In this document: positions 29,637 through 39,576 of the stretch, piece by piece
Layout of the letters: every line of letters starts with the position of its first letter
Numbering within the stretch: position 1 is the first letter of the stretch
From: Candidatus Yanofskybacteria bacterium RIFCSPHIGHO2_01_FULL_41_26
GTDB taxonomy: Bacteria > Patescibacteriota > Minisyncoccia > 2-02-FULL-40-12 > GWA2-44-9
DNA: 64,000 bases
NCBI GenBank assembly: GCA_001794055.1
Contig: MGJB01000015.1
Location: 4,264 to 68,263 of the forward strand
Reading direction: 5' to 3'
Program-made: the position numbers and the translations under genes
The notes under the pieces: model-generated
Told to the model about the DNA's origin: nothing
The model's database searches: none
What the model saw: only the letters and a program-made list of their open reading frames with translations

Positions 29637-29826
29637 CCATAACACTTTTTACATACCCGCAGGCGAGTCATGAACTGAAAGACGGACAACAAAGAGTCCG
29701 AAGTAATAGGTCAAACGTCGAGTGAAACGAGGAGGCAAGTGCGGGTTACCTGTTATTTTGGTAACTCTTTACAGACATCTTGAGGTGAATGACGAAGACG
29801 AGGACTGGATGGAAAAAGTGTTATGG
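29637..29826. repeat. Stem-closed structured element after the ftsZ stop
   Basis: ccataacacttttt/aaaaagtgttatgg and acccgca/tgcgggt arms. Confidence 0.7.
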
Positions 29827-29836
29827 CTGAAGTGAC

Positions 29837-30991
29837 TTATTTATTCATCTTTCTTCGAATGAAAGCCGGAATATCAAATTCTTCGTCATTCACCGAAGAA
29901 TCTACGAGTTCTTTGACTGCGGGTGTGCCGTTAATTTGGGAACTGGGTTTTCTGGAAACATTATCAAACATATTTTGCATGTTTGGTTTTCCTACCATTC
30001 CGTTCATTGGTAATTTGGGAGCATTTGGATAGCCGTTATTAAATCCTGTCGCCACAACAGTAACTTTCAATTCGCCTTTTTTGAGTTTGTCATCTATGAC
30101 CGCCCCAAAAATTACCCTGGCATCAGGATCAATGTGTTCGGTTATTATTCTAGCAGCTTCATTTATTTCAGCCATCGCCATATCAGTCCCCCCGGATACA
30201 TTGAATAATACTCCGCGAGCCCCATCTATCGAAACCTCGAGCAGCGGAGAATTGATCGCCATCTTGGCAGCTTCTATCGCTCTATCCTCCCCGATTGATT
30301 TACCTATGCCCATAAGCGCCGAGCCAGAACTGGCCATGATCGTTTTAACGTCGGCAAAATCAACATTGATTATCCCCGGGATAGTTATCAGATCGGAAAT
30401 ACCCTGAACGCCCTGCCTCAAAACATCATCTACTATCCCGAACGATTCCAGTAAAGGAGTTTTTCTGTCTATAACCGACAAGAGCCGATCGTTAGGAATG
30501 GTGATTAAAGCATCCACTTTTTCCCTCAAAATATTCCACCCATCTTCGGCTATTCTTGATCTTTGGGGCCCTTCAAAACTGAAAGGTTTGGTCACAACGG
30601 CTACTGTTAGCGCTCCGACATCTTTTGCAATATCCGCAACCACCGGCGAAGCTCCCGTTCCTGTTCCACCACCCATTCCTGCCGTAATAAAAACCATATC
30701 GGCACCTTTTAGGGCATTCATTATTTCTTCTTTCGTGTCTTCGGCAGCTTGCTTGCCTATTTCAGGATTCATTCCCGCGCCAAGACCGCGGGTTAAACTT
30801 TTTCCGATGTGGATTTTACTTGTGGCAGCGCTGTTGTGCAAAGCTTGCGCGTCGGTATTAATAGCAATAAATTCTACGCCATGAATTCTGGCTTCAATCA
30901 TCCTTGCCAAAGCATTGCAACCTGAACCGCCTACGCCGACGACTTTAATCCTGGCAAATGTTTCAAACGGAGGTTTAACTATTTGTCCCAT
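29837..30991 (-). CDS. ftsZ: Cell division protein FtsZ
   Basis: GGGTGTG tubulin motif, NVDFAD, C-terminal DIPAFIR. Confidence 0.99.
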   Translation of the reverse strand: MGQIVKPPFETFARIKVVGVGGSGCNALARMIEARIHGVEFIAINTDAQALHNSAATSKIHIGKSLTRGLGAGMNPEIGKQAAEDTKEEIMNALKGADMVFITAGMGGGTGTGASPVVADIAKDVGALTVAVVTKPFSFEGPQRSRIAEDGWNILREKVDALITIPNDRLLSVIDRKTPLLESFGIVDDVLRQGVQGISDLITIPGIINVDFADVKTIMASSGSALMGIGKSIGEDRAIEAAKMAINSPLLEVSIDGARGVLFNVSGGTDMAMAEINEAARIITEHIDPDARVIFGAVIDDKLKKGELKVTVVATGFNNGYPNAPKLPMNGMVGKPNMQNMFDNVSRKPSSQINGTPAVKELVDSSVNDEEFDIPAFIRRKMNK

Positions 30992-31064
30992 AATATCTGT
31001 GTATTATCATAAATAAAAAAGCCACGCAAGAGACCGGAGCTTCGCTGTGGATAACTTTGGCCTA

Positions 31065-32312
31065 CTACGGCGAGAAATTTTTTAACCAACTCAATACCTT
31101 CTTAAATGAAGCCCCATCGGCAAACTTGCCGTTTCCACCCTTGGAACCTTTGTTTCCATTAAACTCTTCATCTATTCCCCAGATTATCAGTCCAGCCGCA
31201 ACAGCAAAAGAGGGGCCATCCAAATTATCAACTACTCCCGCCAGATTTAAAGGCTTAGCGATTCTTACGGGCAATCTCAATTTGTCTTTCACCATAGCCG
31301 CAAGGCCTGGTAAATTTGCCCCTCCTCCGGATAAAACAACTCCGGCCGGAAGCATTCCTTTGGAAATCTTCTTTAATTCATTAGTCACCATTTCCAATAA
31401 CTCTTGAGCGCGCGCATCAACAACTCTTATTAATTGTTTTCGAGGCAGAATAAAATCTTTTTCCGACATCAATTCAGACAAATCTATATTCCCTCTTTTA
31501 CGCAAGTCCTCTCCTTCTGAAGTCATTCCGTGTTCAACCTTTACTCTTTCGGCAACATCCATTGAAGTTCTTAACGCAACAGCCAGATCAGAGGTAATGT
31601 GTTTTGAACCAACCGGCAAAATAACACTGTGAAGCAGATCGGCCTCTTCAAAAACAGTAAGCGTAGAAATGCCTCCTCCAAAGTCAAGATTCAAAACTCC
31701 ATATTCTTTTTGGTTTTTATCCAAAACCGCAAGAGACGAGGCCAAAGGAGCAAAAACCAATCCGGCCACTTCTATATTATTTTCATTTACACACTTAGCG
31801 ACATTTCTTAAATAAGGAGAAAGCCCATCAATTATAAAAACCTCTGCCTCGAGGCGAACACCTTTCATCCCCAATGGATTTTTAACATATTCAGTTCCAT
31901 CTACTATATAGTTGCGCGGTATAACATGAATTATCTCTCTGTTAGCCGGCAAACTCACAACCGATGCCGCTTGTAAAACTCTGTCAATGTCATTCTGCGA
32001 TATTTCCCCATCAATCCGTGAAACGGCAATAACTCCTCGGGATATTTGATTTTTGATATGAAGCCCGTTCACGGCAAGATAAGCTCTCCTGATCTTGGCG
32101 CCGGCCATCGCTTCGGCTCTCTGGACAGCCGCTTGAACATTGTTAATTGTTTCCTCCATATCAACTACCATGCCCCGCCTTAAACCATTTGAAATGGCAC
32201 TGCCAATTCCTAAAATCTCGGTCGCCAAAGTATCGCGGTCTATTTTTGCGACTACTACTTTGATTTGCGAGTTTCCTATGTCAATTCCGGAGATTATATA
32301 TGGTCTTGCCAT
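31065..32312 (-). CDS. ftsA: Cell division protein FtsA
   Basis: GIDIG, NPLGMKG.RLE, LDFGGG, VVLSGGGA; adjacent to ftsZ. Confidence 0.96.
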   Translation of the reverse strand: MARPYIISGIDIGNSQIKVVVAKIDRDTLATEILGIGSAISNGLRRGMVVDMEETINNVQAAVQRAEAMAGAKIRRAYLAVNGLHIKNQISRGVIAVSRIDGEISQNDIDRVLQAASVVSLPANREIIHVIPRNYIVDGTEYVKNPLGMKGVRLEAEVFIIDGLSPYLRNVAKCVNENNIEVAGLVFAPLASSLAVLDKNQKEYGVLNLDFGGGISTLTVFEEADLLHSVILPVGSKHITSDLAVALRTSMDVAERVKVEHGMTSEGEDLRKRGNIDLSELMSEKDFILPRKQLIRVVDARAQELLEMVTNELKKISKGMLPAGVVLSGGGANLPGLAAMVKDKLRLPVRIAKPLNLAGVVDNLDGPSFAVAAGLIIWGIDEEFNGNKGSKGGNGKFADGASFKKVLSWLKNFSP

Positions 32313-32746
32313 TTTTCTAAAATTTTATTTTCCAAATCGAACATTTTTTTCTTGTCACTGATGGATTTCTCATGATCATAGCCCAATAAATGTAAGAATC
32401 CATGTATTGTCAGCCGTACCAATTCTTTTTTCAAACTAATATTTTGTCTTTCCGCTTCCTTAACTGCAAAAGGCAGACAAATAAATATGTCCCCTAAAGG
32501 AAGTATACCATATTTTTTAAATCGCGACTCTTCCAGCGGAAAAGACAACACATCAGTAACTTCATTTTTACCCCGATATTGCTTATTGAGTTTTTTTATC
32601 TTCACTTCTCCCACCAAATTAAGACTCATCTCCACATTTTTGTCTTTTATTCTAACTTCTTTGATTCCCGTACTCAAAATCTCACTAAAAAACCTATCGC
32701 CGGGAGATTTGTCTGATGTATTGTTTTTGAAAACTAAATCTAACAT
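32294..32746 (-). CDS. ybeY: rRNA maturation endoribonuclease YbeY
   Basis: TDVLSF and HGFLHLLGYDH. Confidence 0.96.
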   Translation of the reverse strand: MLDLVFKNNTSDKSPGDRFFSEILSTGIKEVRIKDKNVEMSLNLVGEVKIKKLNKQYRGKNEVTDVLSFPLEESRFKKYGILPLGDIFICLPFAVKEAERQNISLKKELVRLTIHGFLHLLGYDHEKSISDKKKMFDLENKILEKWQDHI

Positions 32747-32806
32747 CAGGAAGATTTTATCACACTAAATAAAAAATCACCACAGACATGGCGATTTTTT
32801 ATTTAG

Positions 32807-33250
32807 TTATTTAGATAATTCTTCTTTCACTATCCGACTAACTATTTGACCGTCGGCTTTGCCTTTTACCTTGACCATTACTGCTCCGATTAGCTTGCCC
32901 ATTTCTTTAACATCTTTCACGCTCATGTCGGCAATTGTTTTCTTGACCTCACTTCTTACATTTTCTTCCGACATTTGCTCCGGCATATAAGCCATTAACA
33001 TTTCGGCTTCTTTTCTTTCTCCTTCGGCAAGCTCTGGTCGTCCGCCTTTTTCATATTGTTCTGTGGCATCTTTTCTTTTTTTTATCTCCGACGCAATAAC
33101 CGCCACCACATCATCGTCGTTAAGCTCGCTTCTTTTTTCAATCTCTTTATTTTTAACCGCAGACAAAACCATACCCAGTAAAGTTCTTTTCTGAGAATTA
33201 CCGCTCTTTAAAGCATCCTTCATTTCCTGTTGGATTTTTTCTTTTAACAT
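32807..33250 (-). CDS. GatB/YqeY domain protein
   Basis: YEKGGRPELA, YMPEQMSE, MGKLIG..M..KGKADG. Confidence 0.93.
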   Translation of the reverse strand: MLKEKIQQEMKDALKSGNSQKRTLLGMVLSAVKNKEIEKRSELNDDDVVAVIASEIKKRKDATEQYEKGGRPELAEGERKEAEMLMAYMPEQMSEENVRSEVKKTIADMSVKDVKEMGKLIGAVMVKVKGKADGQIVSRIVKEELSK

Positions 33251-33251
33251 T

Positions 33252-33518
33252 TTATAGATCTAATTTTTGTTTCATTTTGCGTTTCTCTTCTTCAAAGGTA
33301 TCTTCATCGTATTTGCCTAATTTTTCCAATTTCCTTCTTAGCTCGCTTAGATGCAAACCCATGATAGCAGCATTTTTTTCTTTTCTTTCGGTTTGTTTCT
33401 TTTCCCTGTGCTGAGATTTTTTAGCTTTAATCAAAACTCCGCTTTGCTGAACAAAACGATTAAAACGCCTTAATAAACTGCCCACGCTTTCATTTGGTTT
33501 TCTTTTTACTTCAACCAT
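33252..33518 (-). CDS. rpsU: 30S ribosomal protein S21
   Basis: VEVKRKPNES..SLLRRF.R.VQQSG; rpsU-yqeY synteny. Confidence 0.82.
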   Translation of the reverse strand: MVEVKRKPNESVGSLLRRFNRFVQQSGVLIKAKKSQHREKKQTERKEKNAAIMGLHLSELRRKLEKLGKYDEDTFEEEKRKMKQKLDL

Positions 33519-33604
33519 AATTAACCTCCCCTCAAATGCTGTATATAGTATACAGTATTTTGTATTCAGTATAAAAATTTATACGAAACACAAGAGACTA
33601 AACA

Positions 33605-33952
33605 CTATTTTACGATTTTCGAACCAAGAGGTTTACCACCCAAAAGATGGATATGAAGATGAGAGACGAGTTTACCGCCATGCTCACCTTCGTTGATAAT
33701 GAGTCGGTAACCTTTTTCGTGAACGCCTAATTGTTTTGCAACTTTTTCGGCGACAAGAAGCGCTTGACCTAAAAGTGCCGCATCCTTTTGGTTGAAATCA
33801 TGAAGAGCTTCATAATGCTTCTTGGGAACAACAAGCACGTGCACCGGGGCTTGAGGATTAATATCCCTTATCACCCAAAACTCCTCGTCCTTATAAACAA
33901 CGTCGGCCTTCAACTCTCCTTTTATGATTTTACAGAAGACATCCTGTATCAT
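33605..33952 (-). CDS. HIT family nucleotide-binding protein
   Basis: DVFCKII, DINPQAPVHVLVVPK, HLHIHLLGG; start at 33952 (the longer ORF runs into a repeat). Confidence 0.94.
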   Translation of the reverse strand: MIQDVFCKIIKGELKADVVYKDEEFWVIRDINPQAPVHVLVVPKKHYEALHDFNQKDAALLGQALLVAEKVAKQLGVHEKGYRLIINEGEHGGKLVSHLHIHLLGGKPLGSKIVK

Positions 33953-33967
33953 AAGTTTTCGGAGAAA

Positions 33968-34102
33968 TCGTAGAGATAGGGGTTTTGAAACCATCTGCAG
34001 GCGAGCGGGCAAGGTGGTCGCCACAGGCGACCGGGCGAGCCGAAGCCGAACTGGAATTCTCGCCGGGAATTCCAGTGTGTTGAAAAACTCTTATCTCTAC
34101 GA
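33968..34102 (+). repeat. Structured dispersed repeat, family A copy 3, overlapping the hisS stop
   Basis: ACCATCTGCAGGCGAGCGGGCAAGGT...GCGAGCCGAAGCCGA...GTGT within a tcgtagagatagggg/ctcttatctctacga stem. Confidence 0.85.
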
Positions 34103-35383
34103 CTTCAAACGTTTCTTGACTTCATCCACTATCTTTTCCAACGGAATTGTCTCCTGAATTCCCGTATCCATCTCTCTCAAAATTATTGTGTCGTCCAATG
34201 CCTCCTTTTGTCCGAATATCAAGGCAAATTTAACTTCCAGCCTATTGGCAATCCTCAATTGCGACTTGATGCTGTCGCGACCTAATGAAGATTTGGTGTC
34301 AACGCCAGCTTTCCTGAAAGATTCAAAAAGAAGAATGCTTTTTCTTTTGGCCGCTTCTCCAAGTTGAACTAGAAAAACTTTAGGCTTGGCTTTTATCTCC
34401 GGAACGGAAATGTTTTTCTCCTTAAGCTCAAGAATAATTCTTTCTATACCCGATGCCCATCCTGATGATGGAGTTTTGGAACCGCCTAAAAGTTCAATTA
34501 ATTTGTCATAACGTCCTCCAGCAACTAAAGTTGATTGAGCGCCAATATTTTCCTCCGGCAGAATTTCAAATACGGTTCTTGTATAATAGTCCAACCCTCT
34601 GACCAAATGTGGATTCAATATATACGGCACCTTGGCTTCATCTAAGAACTCCAGAACATGCTTGAAATGCGCATGGCATTCTTCGTCCAAAAAATCAACA
34701 AATTGAGGCGTCTCTTTGGAAAGTTCTTTACATGCCTCCTCTTTGCAATCAAGTAATCGCAAAATATTTTCTTTGAATCTTACCTTGCAGTTGGCGCAAG
34801 ACTTTTTGAGGCGATTTTTGTAGTAATCTTTAAGGGTTTTCAAATATGCCGGACGGCAACTCTGGTCGCCAATGCTGTTTATGTGGACATTATAATTCTT
34901 CAATCCCAAACTTTCTATAAATTTATAGGCCAAGAAAATCAACTCTGCATCCACTGCTTCGGAACTGTCGCCAACAGTCTCAACTCCCAACTGAAAAAAC
35001 TGCCTGTATCTGCCTTTTTGGGGCTGGTCATGTCTGAACATTGGACTGACATAATAAAGCTTCACGGGATGAGGCTTCACATTCATGCCGTTTTCAAGAT
35101 ACGCCCTCATAACAGCCGCTGTTCCTTCGGGCCTTAAAGTCAAACTATCTCCTCCTTTGGTTCTTAACGTATACATTTCTTTCTGAACAATATCTGTTGA
35201 CTCCCCCACTGCGCGAAAAAATAAATCTGTTGATTCCAAAACTGGTGTCTCAATTTTTTCAAAACCATAAAACTCCAGCAGGTTCTCTGCCTTTTTCAAA
35301 ACATAGCGCCAATATTTCTGGTCTTCCGGAAGTATATCCTGCATTCCTTTCGGCGCCTGGATTGTTTTTTCTTTTTTAGACAT
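34097..35383 (-). CDS. hisS: Histidine--tRNA ligase
   Basis: LRPEGTA, GRYRQF, LVRGLDYY, GGRYD. Confidence 0.98.
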   Translation of the reverse strand: MSKKEKTIQAPKGMQDILPEDQKYWRYVLKKAENLLEFYGFEKIETPVLESTDLFFRAVGESTDIVQKEMYTLRTKGGDSLTLRPEGTAAVMRAYLENGMNVKPHPVKLYYVSPMFRHDQPQKGRYRQFFQLGVETVGDSSEAVDAELIFLAYKFIESLGLKNYNVHINSIGDQSCRPAYLKTLKDYYKNRLKKSCANCKVRFKENILRLLDCKEEACKELSKETPQFVDFLDEECHAHFKHVLEFLDEAKVPYILNPHLVRGLDYYTRTVFEILPEENIGAQSTLVAGGRYDKLIELLGGSKTPSSGWASGIERIILELKEKNISVPEIKAKPKVFLVQLGEAAKRKSILLFESFRKAGVDTKSSLGRDSIKSQLRIANRLEVKFALIFGQKEALDDTIILREMDTGIQETIPLEKIVDEVKKRLKS

Positions 35384-35402
35384 TTACAAAAAATCTATGG
35401 TT

Positions 35403-35993
35403 TCAATATACTATCGATGGGATCTTAATAATTTTTGTAATCGGCCAAGGTCTTAAAAATGCTTTGCCCGTCACGAGTGATCTGTTGACCGGACCCCAGC
35501 GTCTTGAATCAGAACTTTGAAGACGATTGTCGCCCAAAACAAAGTATTCATTATCATCCAATTTAATAACGGGACCGCCAAGGGTTTTCTGTTCCGAGGC
35601 CAAGTAATTTTCATTAAGAACAAACCCATCCGGTTTGTCTTTGTTGTAAATCGTAACCATATTGTTTTTAACCTCTATGGTTTCATCTGGAAGTCCAATT
35701 ATTCGTTTTATAAAAAATTGCGATGGGTCCAGAGGATACCTGAAAACAATCACGTCACCTCTTTCTGGAACTGAGAAACGATAACTTATTTCATTGACTA
35801 AAAGATAATCCCCATCTTCAAAGTTCGGCTCCATAGAAGCCCCCTTAACAAAAAACGGCTGTACCAGATAATACCTGATCGGCAAGATTATAGCAAGCGA
35901 AACAACAACGACTTTTATTGTCTCCCAAACAAAAGCAAGAATTTCAGATTTTGCGCTGGGAATTTGAGGAATTTGCGGTTCTTCTTCGTTCAT
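35403..35993 (-). CDS. lepB: Signal peptidase I
   Basis: GASMEP, FIKRIIGLP, GDNR..SSDSR.WG. Confidence 0.95.
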   Translation of the reverse strand: MNEEEPQIPQIPSAKSEILAFVWETIKVVVVSLAIILPIRYYLVQPFFVKGASMEPNFEDGDYLLVNEISYRFSVPERGDVIVFRYPLDPSQFFIKRIIGLPDETIEVKNNMVTIYNKDKPDGFVLNENYLASEQKTLGGPVIKLDDNEYFVLGDNRLQSSDSRRWGPVNRSLVTGKAFLRPWPITKIIKIPSIVY

Positions 35994-36037
35994 TTGGTTA
36001 TTTTAACAGATTTTTCATTGAATTCAAATGTTGCTCT

Positions 36038-36136
36038 GGCCTGGGTCATTTATCGGGCACGGCATAAATTCCTGTTGGAATTTTGCCTCGTACTCACTCC
36101 GTCGAGTTCCGTAAGTCCCTCCAAACGACCCAGGCC
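36038..36136. repeat. Stem-closed structured element
   Basis: ggcctgggtc/gacccaggcc arms with an internal hairpin. Confidence 0.55.
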
Positions 36137-36185
36137 TGCGCTTAGTTTTATCAAACAAAAAAGCGGGCGAGATTATCGCACCGCC

Positions 36186-36416
36186 TTACTCACATATATG
36201 AGACCAGGCAACGACAGTTGCCGCTAAACCAACAACAGCAAACACCACTTGAGCTCCTCCCAGCACCCAAAACCCTACTCCTAAAAGTACAATGTTCTGC
36301 CAAAATCCCTCTGGATTTGTGAAAGATCTTGCTCCCAAGAAAATCCACACGGGAATAAGAGCAAATACCCAAATAAAAACCGTAGCCACAAGACCAATAA
36401 TAAATCTCATCGCCAT
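36186..36416 (-). CDS. Small two-TM membrane protein
   Basis: Two hydrophobic helices separated by NPEGFWQ. Confidence 0.6.
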   Translation of the reverse strand: MAMRFIIGLVATVFIWVFALIPVWIFLGARSFTNPEGFWQNIVLLGVGFWVLGGAQVVFAVVGLAATVVAWSHICE

Positions 36417-36522
36417 ACCACCGATTTTAAAAAAAATAACTTTAATTATCCTAATAGGTAAAACAGTAAAAGTCAAGAGCTTAAATTTTGCATTTTTTTA
36501 ATAAACCCATATTATTATAACC

Positions 36523-37122
36523 ATGGTTTCAATAAAACTAATCATCGGGCTTGGGAATCCAGACGAGGAGTATCAAAATACCCGTCACAACGTGGGATTT
36601 ATGTTTTTGGATTACCTTGCCCGCCGAAGCCTTGGCGAAGGCGGGTCGGCAAAAAAGATTGGTACCAATGACTTTGAAGAAGATAAAAAACGCAATGCAC
36701 TAATATCTAAATCTAGAATTGAAAAGGTATCTGTTGTGTTAGTGAAACCACTTTGCTACGTAAACAAGAGCGGAGAGGTTGTGTCCAAATTAGCCAAATT
36801 TTACAAAATAAAGCCGGCCGATATTATTGTTGTTCAGGATGACCTTGATATTGAATTCGGTTCGTTTAAAAACTCCTTTGAAAAAAATTCAGGCGGTCAT
36901 AAAGGAGTTGAGTCAATCATCAAAGCATTGAAAACCAAAAAATTCTACCGCCTGCGAATCGGGACTTCAGTTCGAGCTCTCCTGAAAGCCCGCGAACAAT
37001 CCGACAAAAAACGAGATGCTTTTGTAATGAATTTTGTTCTCGCTAAGTTTTCACCTAAAGATCAAGACATCATTAAAAAAATGTTTCCCGCTATTTACGA
37101 ACGCCTTCTGCAAATTATCTAA
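36523..37122 (+). CDS. pth: Peptidyl-tRNA hydrolase
   Basis: IGLGNP..EY..TRHNVGF, DDLD, SGGHKG, RLRIG. Confidence 0.96.
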   Translation: MVSIKLIIGLGNPDEEYQNTRHNVGFMFLDYLARRSLGEGGSAKKIGTNDFEEDKKRNALISKSRIEKVSVVLVKPLCYVNKSGEVVSKLAKFYKIKPADIIVVQDDLDIEFGSFKNSFEKNSGGHKGVESIIKALKTKKFYRLRIGTSVRALLKAREQSDKKRDAFVMNFVLAKFSPKDQDIIKKMFPAIYERLLQII

Positions 37123-37184
37123 ATCCTCTAAACCAAAAATCCCCTGAGTTTGTCGAAGGGGATTTTTGGTTTATATACAATAAA

Positions 37185-37868
37185 CTATTCTTCTATTCTC
37201 CTCCTTAAATCTCCAATTACACTCTCGGCGTGTTTTACTCCACCAAGGCCAAAAGCCAAACCCATGGCCAAAGCACCCGCCGCGATCAAGCCCGTAATAA
37301 CGATTTTGATAATATCATCGGCGACTTTTAGTTGAGCCAAGGCTATCAAAAAAGAAAACACAAATACCGCCCACTTGGTCAAAGCTCCCAAAAAGTTAGC
37401 TGACATAAGACCGGCTGCTTTTACAGAAGCCTTTACTAATCCCTCCGAAAATTTAGCAACCAAGATGCCTATCAAAAGAATTATGGCCGCAACGATAACA
37501 TTCGGAAGATAAAAGACAACGGTTCTCAAAAACTCGGAAACCTGTACTAATCCCAAAATGTTTGTCGCCGCCATCAAAAACACCACCACAAAGAACCATT
37601 TTACTAACTCGTAAAACAACATCGGGGTGTTCAATTTAAAACCGCTCCTCTCCCAGGCCTGTCTAAAACCTACCTTGCCCAAAGCATTATCTACATGCAA
37701 TATTTTAACCACATGATAAGCTAATTTTCCAAGCAATTCAGCGACAAGCCAACCAACCAAAAATACAACAACTGCCGCGATCAATTGCGGCAAAAAAAGA
37801 GCTACTCCTCCCCAAAGAGTCATTAACGAATTTCTGACAATATCTGATGCTGCTACTACTTCAAACAT
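37185..37868 (-). CDS. Multi-TM protein, MscS-associated TM-helix repeat (CmpX-like)
   Basis: LPQLIAA/LPNVIVAA repeats, GLAFGLGG C-terminus. Confidence 0.8.
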   Translation of the reverse strand: MFEVVAASDIVRNSLMTLWGGVALFLPQLIAAVVVFLVGWLVAELLGKLAYHVVKILHVDNALGKVGFRQAWERSGFKLNTPMLFYELVKWFFVVVFLMAATNILGLVQVSEFLRTVVFYLPNVIVAAIILLIGILVAKFSEGLVKASVKAAGLMSANFLGALTKWAVFVFSFLIALAQLKVADDIIKIVITGLIAAGALAMGLAFGLGGVKHAESVIGDLRRRIEE

Positions 37869-38008
37869 AACAACACCTCCCTCTGTGCCTCGCCGAAGCC
37901 TCTAGGGCGAAGGCGGGTCTTTTTTCTCTTATTTTCACTTATACAGTATAGCATTTCGGAGTTTGGACTGGCATTTTTAAATGTGGATAACCCACCAGTC
38001 ATTGAACT

Positions 38009-38902
38009 CTACCAACTTCCAGAAGCGCCTCCGCCGCCAGAACTGCCACCGCCAAAACCCCCAAACCCACTGCCACCTGATCTTGAACTGTCCCCTGATC
38101 TTGGTCCGCCTCGACCCCCAATCCACCAAGGCAACGTCTGACCCGTTTTTTTTGCAACGGTATATTTTCTAGAAACAAGGCGATCAAGCCAAAGGCCTAA
38201 AGGTATTAAAATCAAGGCCGAAATGAATCCGGAAATTAAAGAAAAAATAAGACTGACAATAATAGCTATTGCCCCACCGACGATTCCCCCGCCCCACCAG
38301 GATTTGGAACGAGCTAAAATGCTTCCTGTCCACACAGAAAATATCCATAAAACCCAAAATAAAAATAAGATTGAATCGGCATCGAATCCTCTGCTGTTGT
38401 TTGGACTTGTGTTGGGTTTAAATTCTCCTTTTGTTATTGAAATGATGTTGTCCACTCCACTGTCAATGCCGCCGTAGTAATCTCCCTTTTGAAAAGCAGG
38501 CTTTAAGATATTTTGTATTATCCAAAAACTCTGGGCATCGGTCAGAGATCCCTCCAAACCATAACCGACCTCGATCCGCATCCGCCTATCATCACGGGCG
38601 ATAAGAAGCAAAATGCCGTTGTTTTTTTTATTTTTTCCTATTCCCCAATCCTCGAAAAGTTTTACGGCAAAATTTTCAACGGTGTCTCCGCCGAGATCGG
38701 CAATGGTGACCACTGCCAGTTCGTTGCTGGTATCTTTTTCAAAATTACTAATTTTAATTTCTAAAGCCTGTCTCTGTTCTACTGTAAGCATCCCCGCAAA
38801 ATCATTTACAAAACCGGTTTTAATACCAGGGCTCTGGTAAGCAAAAACAAGCAAGGGAACTAAAACAAAGAGACCGCTTAGCATCTTGGGGAGTCTAAGC
38901 AT
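38009..38902 (-). CDS. TPM domain protein (YgcG-like) with Gly-rich tail
   Basis: VNDFAGML, RIEVGYGLEG, FGGGSSGGGGASGSW. Confidence 0.93.
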   Translation of the reverse strand: MLRLPKMLSGLFVLVPLLVFAYQSPGIKTGFVNDFAGMLTVEQRQALEIKISNFEKDTSNELAVVTIADLGGDTVENFAVKLFEDWGIGKNKKNNGILLLIARDDRRMRIEVGYGLEGSLTDAQSFWIIQNILKPAFQKGDYYGGIDSGVDNIISITKGEFKPNTSPNNSRGFDADSILFLFWVLWIFSVWTGSILARSKSWWGGGIVGGAIAIIVSLIFSLISGFISALILIPLGLWLDRLVSRKYTVAKKTGQTLPWWIGGRGGPRSGDSSRSGGSGFGGFGGGSSGGGGASGSW

Positions 38903-38919
38903 GGATAATTTGAAATTGA

Positions 38920-39474
38920 TTAGAAATTAACCCCGGGAACTTTTTCTGCTCCGGATTGAGATTCAAAATACGGCTTTGCGCTAAATCCGTAAAGACGAAC
39001 AAAAACATTTGCCGGAAATCTTTTTAGTGTCGTATTGTAAGTCCTTACCGTATCATTGAACCTGCTCCTTTCCACGCTTATCCTGTTTTCCGTACCTTCA
39101 AGTTGGGCCATCAAAGTCAGAACGGTTTCCGAAGAACGAAGCTGAGGATAGTTTTCCAAAACAACAAGCAATCGGCCAAGAGAATTCTCCACATCATTGG
39201 CAGCTTTTACTTTATCGTCTGTGTTGGCAGCTCCGGCATAACGAGTTCTGGCTTCAGCCAAATCACCAAATACTTTTTGTTCTTGCGCCATAATGCCCTT
39301 TACCGAATTAACCAAGTTTGGTATTAAATCAAATCTTCTCTGATATTGGGTTTCGACTTGAGCCCATTGGCCGGCAATATTTTCATTCGCCTTGACCAAA
39401 CCATTATATAGAGACCACGAATACAAAACCACGACCACTACTATACCGACAATTATCCATGTAAATTTATTCAT
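38920..39474 (-). CDS. LemA family protein (copy 1)
   Basis: QRRFDLIPNLV, ENYPQL, EGTENRISVER. Confidence 0.95.
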   Translation of the reverse strand: MNKFTWIIVGIVVVVVLYSWSLYNGLVKANENIAGQWAQVETQYQRRFDLIPNLVNSVKGIMAQEQKVFGDLAEARTRYAGAANTDDKVKAANDVENSLGRLLVVLENYPQLRSSETVLTLMAQLEGTENRISVERSRFNDTVRTYNTTLKRFPANVFVRLYGFSAKPYFESQSGAEKVPGVNF

Positions 39475-39576
39475 ATTATGTATAGTAATACTTTTTAAAC
39501 ATAAGTTCAACTGGAGCGAAGTTTTTAAGTTGAAAATAAAAAAGCTCCCCTTTGGGAGCCATCTGTTTTTAAATAT

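Noticed and set aside
29660-29735. Hammerhead-like ctga...gaaac words
   Set aside because: The CUGANGA/GAAA core and three stems could not be assembled.
33953-34024. N-terminal extension of the HIT ORF in the ORF track
   Set aside because: It is the family A repeat read in frame; the HIT domain starts at 33952.
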